DNA of 64,000 bases from Phaeosaccion multiseriatum. Lineage: Eukaryota; Protista; Ochrophyta, other classes. The stretch is from contig OZ218961.1 in the NCBI GenBank assembly GCA_965112735.1, forward strand, positions 124,001 through 188,000, read 5' to 3'. The notes beneath the pieces are model-generated. The model did not search any database and was not told the DNA's origin. It was given only the letters and a program-made list of their open reading frames with translations. The first letter of the stretch is position 1, and each line of letters starts with the position of its first letter. Below are positions 43,059-54,726 of this stretch, piece after piece. The translations under genes and the position numbers were made by a program.

Positions 43059-43682
43059 ACTTGACTTACTAGACTTACAGTTACAGCAGAAAGGGAGGCG
43101 AGGATGTGCCGCACGTCGGGCGGGGTGTCTCAAACGCAGTCAGCCCCTACCCCCGACCACTGCTTACTTCAAGTACCTCGTGTCGGGACGCAAGCCCTAC
43201 TTGGCAGTACCCCCTGACCCCTGCTTACTTGGCAAGTAGTAGTACCTCGTGTCGGGACGCAAGTCCTGCTGGCTGTGTGCCTGCTGGCTGTTTGCCAGGC
43301 GGTGATTGTGTTGGTATACATACATATTTGAATATTTTTGAATATATAGTGTACAACATACAGGAAAAGAAAGGGGGGGGGATTGTTTCTACAGTACCAC
43401 AAACGCAGTCAGGGGGAGCGGCACAGCCTCTCCTCTCCTCTCCTCTCCTCTTGGAGCATGGTGCGTCGACACTTAACTCGCAAGAAGCTGACGCCCAAGG
43501 CGCCGCGCCACACAGATGCCCCGATGCTGAATCACCAACTGCTGCTGCTGCTGCTCACCGCCGCGGTTGGCTCAGCAGCGCCCGTCCCATCCCCCCCCCT
43601 ACCCTCTGTACCCTCTGTACTCTCTGTATCTGCCCACAATATACGACACAAGACAATCCAAAGACACCCACGCCACCTCACA

Positions 43683-43783
43683 CAGACCCCAAACAGGACC
43701 AGAAAGACCCCAAACAGGACCAGAAAGACCCCAAACAGGACTAGAGAGACCCCAAACAGGACCAGAAAGACCTCAAACAGGAC
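43683..43783. repeat. 21-bp repeat (AGACCCCAAACAGGACCAGAA), about 5 copies
   Basis: Directly visible. Confidence 0.85.
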
Positions 43784-44087
43784 TCGCTCCAAGCCCCTGA
43801 GCTCAAGGCTCAATGCCAAGCCAGGCAGCAACGGAAGGACGGACGAGGACGGACGGACGAGGACAGACGGACGAGGACAGACGGACGGCACCACACAAAG
43901 GGGAACACGCATGCACATGAACAAGCATGTACACAGGGGTACACACATGTGAACAGCCATGTGAACAGCCATGCCACACAGGGGGGGGGCGAGTCATAGA
44001 AGGGGGGGGGGGGTGAAGTGCCCCGCAAACTAGCACTGGAAACTGCCCTCCCACCTTCAGCGCGTCCCCCTCCCCCTCCCCCTCGAC

Positions 44088-44232
44088 CTGTTGCCCTTGC
44101 TCTTGCTATTGCCTGTTGCCCTTGCTATTGCTGTTGCTGTTGCTATTGCTGTTGCTGTTTGCTGTTGCTCTTGCTATTGCCTGTTGCCCTTGCTGTTGCT
44201 ATTGCTGTTGCTCTTGCTATTGCCTGTTGCCC

Positions 44233-44267
<35 letters not shown>

Positions 44268-44328
44268 TTTGCCTGTTGCCCTTGCTATTGCTGTTGCTGT
44301 TGCTATTGCTGTTGCTGTTTGCTGTTGC
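44088..44328. repeat. Degenerate (TTGCTG)n hexamer tract immediately downstream of the P4H-like stop
   Basis: Directly visible. Confidence 0.85.
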
Positions 44329-45016
44329 TCACGAACTGCCCCACAGCGACGCCGCCATTCGGCTCAAAAGCCCCCCCTGCTGCTGCCCTCCTCCTCCTTG
44401 TTGGGCGGCGGCTTCCGCAGCAATGGCGGCGTCCCTCACCGCAGCTACCACCGCTTCCGACACCCCATCCGCTGTCATCCCCGCCGCCTCTCCTCCGCCC
44501 TTTGCCCCTCCTCCTCGCCCTGCCACCCCCCCAACCGGCGGTGCAGTCTCCCCGAAGCTCGGCAGGTCTGCACCCGGCTGCCCCATACCCGGCAAGCCCT
44601 TCCACGCCTTGCTCGCCTCGATGGCCCTGGCGTTCTTGGGGTTCCCCTCGGGGTCCCAATTGTCGTACCCAACTTCTGCCGTCACACCCAAGCGCATCCA
44701 CATGGTGGCGATCCACTTGACGCCCTGTCGAGTCGAGTCGAGGGGACAGTCAAGAAGGTATATGGGCATTGAGAGGAGTTGGAGGGGAGGTGAAGGTGAA
44801 GGGGCTCACGGATAAGAGAGAGAATGGGTGGGGTGAAGGAGAACATCGATGGGTTTCAAGGGTTGGGGTGAAGGGGTCCACGGGATTGAGATAGAGAGAG
44901 GGGCAGAGAGGGGAGAGAGGGTGGGAGAGAGCGACAGAGAGAGATGAAGAGTGAGAGAGAGACACACACACACACACACGCCCACACACACACACACACA
45001 CACACCCACACCCACC

Positions 45017-45081
<65 letters not shown>

Positions 45082-45479
45082 CCAGGATGGGGCAGCCGCT
45101 GTGCCTGGTCTTGAGCAAGTCGGTGCGGCCGGTGTCGAGGTCAAGGTAGGAGAAGAATGCGGCCTGCCCCTTCTTGCCGGAAATGTACACATCCACGTTG
45201 TTGAACGTCGTGGCGCCTCCCGCCTCGGCTGCCTCGCAGTACATCACCTTCGAAGGGGATTTTGAGGCATATGGGGAGGGGAGGGGCAGACAATACACAA
45301 CACAGCAACGCGTAAGCAACACGTAAGCAACACGTAAGCAACACGTAAGCAACACGTAAGCAACACGTAAGCAACACGTACGCAAATCCGTTTCTTTCCT
45401 TTGGATCGGAAAGGGTGGGAGGTGGGAGTGTTGATTGCCCTGTCCCCTCTCAACTTTCACATGCCAATTAAGTCAAGAA

Positions 45480-45514
<35 letters not shown>

Positions 45515-48467
45515 CCATCCACATGTAATGTGATGCAATGTTACGTATTGTGAGTGACAAAACTCTTGACTCACTCACCATGGTGCTCACGCGCCCCCCT
45601 GCGCGGAAGTACGCCCCTGTGCAGTCTCCGTCGCAGTGAGGGCGGTACTCGTCGGTAGGGTCGTACTTGATCACGCTGAGGGGGTGGCAATGGATGGCAG
45701 TGGAAGGAAGGGGGATGGCAGTGGATGGAAGGGGGATGGGGGATGGCAGTCGATGGAAGGGGGGGGTGTTAGAGGCGACGTGTGGGGGAGGCATGGGGTG
45801 TCCGCCCTTCGGTCCCCCTTCCTGCATTAACCTTTAACAAGCACCAAGCACTAACCTGAATCCCTCCTTCCTGCATTAACCTTTAACAAGCACCAAGCAC
45901 TACATTAACCTTTAACAAGCAACAAGCACTAACCTGAATCCCTCCTGCCCTGGGAACTCCATGCCGTACCCCGTGATGTTGTTGGCAAAGGCGAAGCCCC
46001 TCCTGAACACATCACTTAAGGGGGTGCGCTCTGCGCCCTCACTCATGTCGGCGGATGCTGCACCAGCCTTGGCTCTCCTTCACTCGGAGAGAGAGAGAGA
46101 GGGAGGGAGAGGGAGAGGGAGAGGGAGAGAGGGTGGGAGAGGGAGAGAGAGAGAGAGAGGAGGGAGATAGCGAGAGGGAGGGAGAGAGGGAGAGAGAGAG
46201 AGAGGGGGGGGGGGGAGAGGGAGAGAAGAGAGGGGAAGAGCAATCACATACATGAAAGGTGAGTAAGGAGTACGGGGAGGATGAGGAGAGGAGGGGAACA
46301 GCTTTGTGCTGCCCCCCCTATCGTAACGAATAGAAACACACGTACACACCACGCACACACACGCCCATCCCCCCACCACCCACACACACGCACACGCACG
46401 CGCACGCACACCCATACATCCACACGCACACACACGCGCACACACACGCAGACGCACACGCACTCACACACACGCACGCACACACACGCACGCACACACA
46501 CGCACACGTACACACGCACACACACCCACACACATACACACACGCACACGCACTCACACACACGCACGCACACACACGCACACACACGCACACACACGCA
46601 CACACACACGCACACACACACGCACACACACACCTCTCTACACGTACGGTATAGACACTGCGCTGCACCTTACTTAGTAGTACTTACCTCGACTCCGATA
46701 GGGTGCTGCCCCCACCCGCTGCGTCGCTCACCCCCGCGGCTCGGAGGCCGCCCTTCTCGGCAGAGGCGATGAGCGCTGCGCACTCAGCGTCAGATACGAA
46801 GTTGTCCAGCAGCATCACCTGTTGGTGATACAGAGGGGGTGGCGGGTGTGGGGGTGGAGGAGGTGAGGGAGTGGGAGGGAGGGAAAGGAAGGAAGGAAGG
46901 AAGGATAGGGGAGATGAAGGAGGAGGCACCATAGATAGAGGCATACGGGGACGGAGGGGAGGGTGTAATTAACACTACGTAGCACTACGCAACATTTAAC
47001 ACTCGGTACGTACCCTGGCGGAGGGCTCCTCATAGAACACCTTGACAGGGATGATGTGTGCCTCTCCCTCGGGGCGGTCCTGAGAGGCGAAGGAATCATC
47101 CACCTCAAACTCAAACTCCCTCAGCACCTCCGACGACGTGGTGAGGGCGGGGTCGGAGCAGCTGATGTTGCGAGCAAGATCGGCCGTCTGGGGGGGTGGG
47201 GGATGGCAGTGGATGGAGGGGGGGGGAATGAACATGACCGGGTACAAAGTGCGCTACCAGGTGTGCCCCTCTGGGAACGGAAAAAGTAATGCAGTGAAGG
47301 TATACGATAACTAATGCAGTGAAGGTATACGATAACTAATGCAGTGAAGGTATACGATAACTAATGCAGTGAAGGTATACGATAACTAATGCAGTGAAGG
47401 TATACGATAACTAATGCAGTGAAGGTATACGATAACCAATGCAGTGAAGGTATACGATAACTAATGCAGTGAAGGTATACGATAACTAATGCAGTGAAGG
47501 TATACGATAACCAATGCAGTGAAGGTATACGATAACTAATGCAGTGAAGGTATACGATAACTAATGCAGTGAAGGTATACGATAACCAATGCAGTGAAGG
47601 TATACGATAACCAATGCAGTGAAGGTATACGATAACTAATGCAGTGAAGGTATACGATAACTAATGCAGTGAAGGTATACGATAACTAATGCAGTGAAGG
47701 TATACGATAACTAATGCAGTGAAGGTATACGATAACTAATGCAGTGAAGGTATACGATAACTAATGCAGTGAAGGTATACGATAACTAATGCAGTGAAGG
47801 TATACGATAACTAATGCAGTGAAGGTATACGATAACCAATGCAGTGAAGGTATACGGAAGTTGCTGACATAATAAATCTTTTGTCTACGCTTGCCTCTTC
47901 TTCGCCCTCCCCTCCCATCCACTGCCATCTCCCCTTCCATCCACTCCTCTCTCTGACACGCTGAGACGTACCTCCTCCAAGATGGATCGCACGTTCTGTA
48001 ACTGTCTCTCTCGGATGCTTGTGAGAGACACGGCACTGCCCTCCACACAGTCAAGCAGGCTGCGCCCATCGGCCCCTGCAGAGGGGAGGAGGACGAGGAG
48101 AGGAGAGGAGAGGAGAGGAGAGGAGAGGAGGGGAGAGGAGGGGGGAGGGGAGAGGGGGGGGGGGGAGAGGGAGGAGGGGCCAAGGAGGGAAGGGGAGGAG
48201 AGGGGAGGGGGGGAGTGTGTGAGCGGGTGTGGCAATGGATTTGACTATGTTACCCTCCACATATGCCCCTGCTTCGCTCCCTCCCCACTTGATCCCCCAT
48301 ATGCTTTCATAGGTGACTCCTATTAAATCCCCCACATACGCTTCTTAAGGTGCCCCCATAAGTCAATACATTACCATACGCCTTACGTATGCCTTACCGC
48401 TCTGCGAGGCGGTGGCTGCATGTGCGCTGCAGTGATTTTCCACAGCCATCTCCAGGCTATCGCTCAC

Positions 48468-48506
<39 letters not shown>

Positions 48507-51253
48507 TATGTATGCTTAGGTCGAGATACGTACGCTTGAGTTTGACTCATTCTAAGCAGCAAGTCCATGGGTTTGTATGCAAAGACAATGGGCATGAGTA
48601 GGTCAATGCAGGTACAATGGACATGAGTAAGTCAATAAGGTAAGATAATGTTACGTACCTCCCCCAGGGGGACCTCCAAGTGCTCCTCTGCGGTGAGCTT
48701 TCCCTGCTCGTCTCTCAACACCTTGAACAGGGAAGACGTCTTCTGCACCGGCACTCGCACCGCCTTGAGGGGGGAGGAGGAGGAGGAGGAGGAGGAGGAG
48801 GAGGGAAAGAGAAGGAGGGCAGTGAGATACACTCAATGGGATGGACCAGAGGGACAAAGTGACCCCAAGGGAAGGGACAGAGGCTGGCCTTGAATGGACC
48901 CTCCTTGCATCCCTCTCTCTGTTCTGTAGCTCATCGAGCCATCAGCTCATCGAGCCATCAGCTCATCGAGCCATCAGCTCATCGAGCCATCAGCTCATTG
49001 AGCCATCAGCTCATCGAGCCATCAGCTCATCGAGCCATCAGCTCATCGAGCCATCAGCTCATCGAGCCATCAGCTCATCGAGCCATCAGCTCATCGAGCC
49101 ATCAGCTCATCGAGCCATCAGCTCATCGAGCCATCAGCTCATCGAGCCATCAGCTCATCGAGCCATCAGCTCATCGAGCCATCAGCTCATCGAGCCATCA
49201 GCTCATCGAGCCATCGCAGCCACCGCAGCCACCACCTCGGATCCTTGTCTTGCTCTGCGCTCTCCCCTCCGTAGCCCATCTCCTCTCCCCACACTTGTCT
49301 CCTCTCTCCCTCCCTCCCTCCCTCCTCCCCTCTCACCTTCCCCTGTGCCTCCATGTCCTCAAGAGTAACACTCTCATCGGCCCAATCCACGCCATGCTCC
49401 GCCAGCACGAAGGTGTGCCCGATGAAACTCTTGATGCTTCCCGAGGTGCCCTCCACAGAGGCAAGGATGGGGCCCGAATGCACGGTGCCGGCGTTGTACC
49501 AAAACACGCCCACGCCAGGGGGGGAGGTCAGGCTGAGGGAGAGAGGGAGGGAGGGAGAGAGGGAGAGAGGGAGAGGGGGTGAAAGCCCGCCTTATACTGC
49601 ATCATTCAAACATACATGCATGTGTGTAGGCATACACACACACACACACACACACACCCACGTACCTGTTTCTGAATCTGATTTCCACCTGCGTGCCCGG
49701 TGCGGCTGGTTTGTCGTCGTCCGCCGGTCTTCCCTTCCCTCCTGCCCCATCCCAGCGGATACGGAGCGCAGCTACCACTTTGCTCCCTGAGGGGGCAGGG
49801 CATTCTGTGGGAGCAGCAGATGGATGGCAATGGATGGCAGTGGATGGCAGTGGATGGGGGGGGGGGTGGAGGCTTAGACTTGCCTCCCCATATGCCCGTC
49901 TCGTCTCAGTCTTAACGGAGGAGAACTCAAAGGGGGTTCTGGGAGGAGAGAGAAAGGAAAGGCAAAACCCACCCACTCCCTCCCTCTCTTTCTCCCTCCC
50001 TCTCTCCCTCCCTCCCTCTTCCTCCTTCACTCACCCCCTCCCTCACTCCCTCACTCCCTCACTCCCTCACTCACTCACCGCTGTACCGCGAGAGGCCGAT
50101 GTCGTTGACGCTCTTGCCGACGTCAAGGTTGGTCACGAGCACGGCCTGCCTGGGCTCTGCCACAAGCGTCACATTGCCCGCCGTGAAGGTGGTGGGACTA
50201 CTTCCTGCGCTGATGCTCGTGCTGCTCCCTTCAGTGCTGATCCCTTCAGTGCTGCTCCCTTCAGTGCTGATCCCTTCAGTGCTACTGCCTGCCGTGCTGG
50301 GGGTCTGGCAGTACAGGAGAACCGTGGCCACGTGCTGTCCCTCCTTGAAGCCCTCGCCTGTTGATGATGGTGGTACGGCAGTTGGTGGTACAGCCAGCAC
50401 AAGAAGCAACAAGTCAGGCTAGAGGCCAGGGGTGCATGCCGTATCACCAACGGCCGTGCTTCTTGTTGCTTGCTCAAGGCCCAGCAACTCCGAATGGGAG
50501 GCAGGGAGGACGTGTGGAGGCAGGTTTGTTTTGTCTGTCTGTCTGTTGTCTGTCTGTCTGTCTGGATTGATTCAAGACTTTGCCCTAGACAACACACGCT
50601 GCCCTTACGCTGCCCTTACGCTGCCCTTACGTTGCCCTTACGCCGCCCTTACGTTGCCCTTCCGCTGCCCTAGACTGACCTTACTGACTGGCAGTTGTCC
50701 CCTCCCCCTCCCCTCCCCTCCCCTTCCCCTCCCCCTCCCCCTCCCCTCCCTCTCCCCCTCCCCCCTCCCCTTCCCCTCCCCTCACCTCCCCTCCCCTCCC
50801 CTCCCCTCCCCCTCCCCTCCCCCTCCCCTCCCTCTCCCCCTCCCCCCTCCCCCCTCCCCCCTCCCCCTCCCCCCCCTACCCACCGTTGCAGGGCCCCTCG
50901 CAGTGCGGCATGTACTCTTGCTCCGTGCCCCCCTCAAAGCGCATCACGTCAAAGGCGCTTCCCTTCGTTGCCCGGAGAGCCTTGGGCAGCCCACCCACCG
51001 TCCTGTGGAGGTTACAAACAAGGATGACGGTTACAGCGGTTACGGTTTGGAGGTTACAAACAAGGATGGGGGGGGAGGGTGAGAGAGACGCAGGAGAGAA
51101 AAAAGACAGACAGAGGAGAGCGACAGAGAGAGGAGAGAGAGAGGGAGGGAGAGAAAAGATAGAGAAGAGCCAAGAACAGACACGGGCCAGAGAGAGACAG
51201 CACCAGAGCCAGAACCAGAGACAGACAGACAGACAGACAGTCACAACAGAGCC

Positions 51254-51293
<40 letters not shown>

Positions 51294-51361
51294 CCACAGA
51301 GACAGAGAGAGAGGGAGAGAGACAGAGACAGAGACAGAGACAGAGAGAGACAGAGAGAGAC

Positions 51362-51412
<51 letters not shown>

Positions 51413-53922
51413 AAGAGAGAGAGAAAGAAAGAGAGAGAGAGAGTCCGCCTGACTTGCGACTCACTTGGCCAAGTCCACACTGCGCAGATATAGCGCCACG
51501 AGCGGGTCCTCCTTGTCCCCCCCGATGGAGGCAAGGTCCGGGACTACTCGCGCCACCGACCCTGACAGCAAAGGGTCTGGAGAGGTGGCGTAGCCGACGG
51601 TGGCGGCGGCAGAGAGCATCGCAGCACACTCCTCCTCGCTGGCGAAGGCGTCCACACGTGCCACCTGGGAGGTGGGGAGGGGGATGGCAGTGAATGGATG
51701 AGGGATGGATGGCAGTCGATGGGCGGGGGATGAGAGACGCATGGCGGTGGGGCGATGCGGCAGCAGCAGCAGTTGGTGATACAGCAGTGGGTGATACTCC
51801 AGTGGAAGAGCAGTTGGTGATAGAGCCGCAGGAGCAGTAAGGCGTAACGCCAAGGCGACGCCAATGCAACCCCCGCAACACCCTTACATAACCCCTTACG
51901 TAAGTAACCCTTACGTACCGTGGCGAAGGGCTCGTCCACCAACACATCTGCCTGGCGCTTCTTGCCGGGCCCGAACATGACTGTCTTACTTGGCTCAGAC
52001 ACCTCAAACAGGGACGGCTGCGTGCATTGGTAGTGCCGCACCTGGGGGCATGGGACGGAGGGAGGGAGGGAGGAGGGAAGGAGGTTGAGGTTGGGATCAG
52101 TTAGGGATGGGGGGGAGGGAGGGAGTAAGGGAGGGAGAGAGGGGTGAGGGCGGGGAGGGAGGAGGGAGGGAGGAAGGAAAGAGGGAGGGAGGAAGGAAAG
52201 AGGGAGGGAGGGAGGGAGGGAGGGAGGGAGGGAGGGAGGGAGGAATGAATGAAGGAAGGGAGGGCGGGAGGGAGGGAGGAAGGAGGGAAAGAGGGAGGGA
52301 GGGGAGGAGAGTGCCTCACCCTCGCAGCGGCGGCCTCGAGCAAGCCCCCGGCGATGTTGAGCTCCGCCGTGCTGTTGGCGTACACCTTAGACACCTCCGC
52401 AGTCACACAGGCAGAGGAGGAGGGGGAGGGGGAGGGGGAGGCAGAGCCGTCGTCCGGGTTGGAGCATGACTCCGCACACAGGGCTGCGGGAGGGGGAGGG
52501 GGGGAGGGAGGGAGGAGAGGGGTGAGATATCGGGGAGGGATGCCAGCAGAAGAGAACATGGAATGACTCCCAGCACCCACGGAATGACTCGCACGCACCT
52601 TCAGCGTTGTGCATGTGCTCCCTTGTCTTTGTCTTTGCGTTGGTTGTAACCGCCACAAGCTCTCCTGCCGAGTTGCGGGAGATCTCCACATGGTCGTTGT
52701 ACTTCGTCATCGTGAACTTCGCCATCTGTGAGTGGAGTATGTGTATACAGAGAGACGGGGAAGAGAGATGGGGGCAGGTGGGGGAGAGGTGAAGGGGGAG
52801 GGACAGAGGGAGGAGGAGGGAGTGAGGGGGGAGGAGAGGGTGAGGGTGGGGCGGGGGCGAAGGAGAGAGGGAGAGGGGGAGGGAGAAAGAGAGAGGGAAG
52901 AAGGTGAGGGATACTAGAGGCATATGGGAGCGGGAGAGAGGTCGGGCAGCGAAGGGGGAGGAGAGAAATCGCAGACAGAGTAGGGAGGGGAGGCAAGAGG
53001 GGATGGAGGGACCGGAGAGGGAATCACTGGCTCCCCCCTACCTCTCTCCCTCCCCCCTTCTCCAGCCCCTCTTCTCTCTCGCCCCCCATATGCCTATCCC
53101 TCCTCTCTACTCACGTCGATGGGATCTGCGGTGTCAGGACTGAACACGAAGTCCGACGGGTTGCCGTGCTTGTTCCAGTCAAGCACCAGGAAGCTGTGGC
53201 CGGTATACGAGTCGATGGCCATTTGGCTCATGGACTGGGGTTGGTGTGGGGCAAAGAGAGAGAGGAGGGGGGTGGGGGGGGGTGAGAATCTGGCTCATGG
53301 ATTGGGATGGGGTGGGACAAAGAGAGAGAGAGAGGGAGGGGGGGAGGGGGGCGAAGGAGCGGGGGAGCCACAACAACGGAATATGCCGTGAAGAAGAAGA
53401 GGAGAGAAAGAGAGACTAGATATATACACACACAGAGAGAGAGGAGGTGGGGGGGGGGGGGGGGGGGGGGGGGTAGAGAGAGAGATGTGGATAGAGACTG
53501 CAGCGGCGTGTGGCGGCCTCTCTGAGCGTAAGGTGGAAGAGAGAAATGGTCGACGCAGGGGCGTTAAGTGGGAAGAGACACTGATGGCTATGCATCCAGC
53601 CAGCTGCGGCAAAGAGGCTAAGGACCAGACAACAATAGCCCGCGGTTGTTGAGTGTATCATCGCTGAGCAAGTTATAAACGAACTAACCTTGATGGGCTT
53701 GGCGGCCTGAGGCACCAAGCCGCCACTCATATCAATCCACGACAGAGACAGCGAAATGTCCGACTTGTTCTTGACAAGGAGCTTCACGCCCGTCGCGCTC
53801 CTCTTGGTGCGTTTCACAGCCTCGCAGCCACGCTCTCCCCCGAGCAGCAGCGTCAGCAGCAGCAGCAGCACCGGAAGGGAAAAGAGCCAGCCCATCCCCG
53901 GGCGCACGCTTCGGGCCCACAT
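44329..53922 (-). CDS. Secreted prolyl-4-hydroxylase-like 2OG-Fe(II) dioxygenase with two tandem repeats of (VHL-like beta module + P4H-like domain)
   Basis: Signal peptide. The second catalytic domain has [35 protein letters not shown] and [18 protein letters not shown]; the first copy is degenerate. About 18 GT-AG exons were traced in frame. Confidence 0.85.
47287..47856. repeat. 25-bp minisatellite (AATGCAGTGAAGGTATACGATAACT), about 23 copies
   Basis: Near-perfect units with one T/C variant position and no spacers. Confidence 0.95.
48928..49215. repeat. 16-bp minisatellite (AGCTCATCGAGCCATC), about 18 copies
   Basis: Directly visible, intronic. Confidence 0.95.
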
Positions 53923-54320
53923 CCTCGTCGCGCCGTATCTCGCCAACGTGGTCGATAGACAGAGAGAAAGCAGCCTCTCCTCTCCTCCCTCCTGTATCCT
54001 CTATGTCCCGGCCGCCCGCTCCTGCTTTCCTTCTTTGTTCTCTCGGACTGTGCACGAATTAAACGAATTTGGAGGAAGCAACGTGTGCGGCCCGGGGGAC
54101 TTGGCGTACCTTGACAATGTGGTGCTCCGCGCTCCGGGCGGCTTTCCCCTCTGTGATAAAATAGCATCTTCTGGAGCTCTCGTGTGTAAGTAGGGGGGAA
54201 CAGACCAGCGTGCAAGTAGCAGAAGCAGCAGTAGGAGCATCCCGAGTTGGAGGGAGGAGATAAGGGGGGATAGTTGGGGGCTCGGGCCTGCCGCCGTTTC
54301 TCGGGCAAGACAGTCGAGCC

Positions 54321-54666
54321 ATGTCTGAGAGCACCGCAGAGGAGGTGACGGCTAAGGCCAGTCCTGCTGATGTGGAAGGTGAGCATGCCGAGCATCCTGC
54401 CGAGCCAGCCGCCGCCGCTGTTGCTGCTGAACAGGCAGAAGAAGAGGAGGAGGAAGAGGGGGAGGAGGACTGGAAAGTGCAAGCAGAGGAGTTCAAGACG
54501 AGTGGCAACGACGCCTTCAAAGAGGGCCAGTGGGCACAGGCGGTGGAGTGGTACAGCAAGGCCATAGAGATGGACCCGGAGAACCGCGTGTACTTCAGCA
54601 ACCGCTCGGCGGCCTATCTCAAGATGGGAGGCGCCAAGAGTAAGGCCCTCAAAGACGCGGAAGCGT

Positions 54667-54726
<60 letters not shown>

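Noticed and set aside
43383-43952. ORF with a signal-peptide-like stretch MLNHQLLLLLLTAAVGSA
   Set aside because: Explained by the ATCACCAACTG motif plus a (CTG)n run, and continues into a 21-bp repeat. Probably the antisense of 3' flanking sequence.
47287-47856. Possible CRISPR array (also 48928-49215 and 57699-59900)
   Set aside because: Head-to-tail units with no unique spacers and no cas genes, located in eukaryotic introns.
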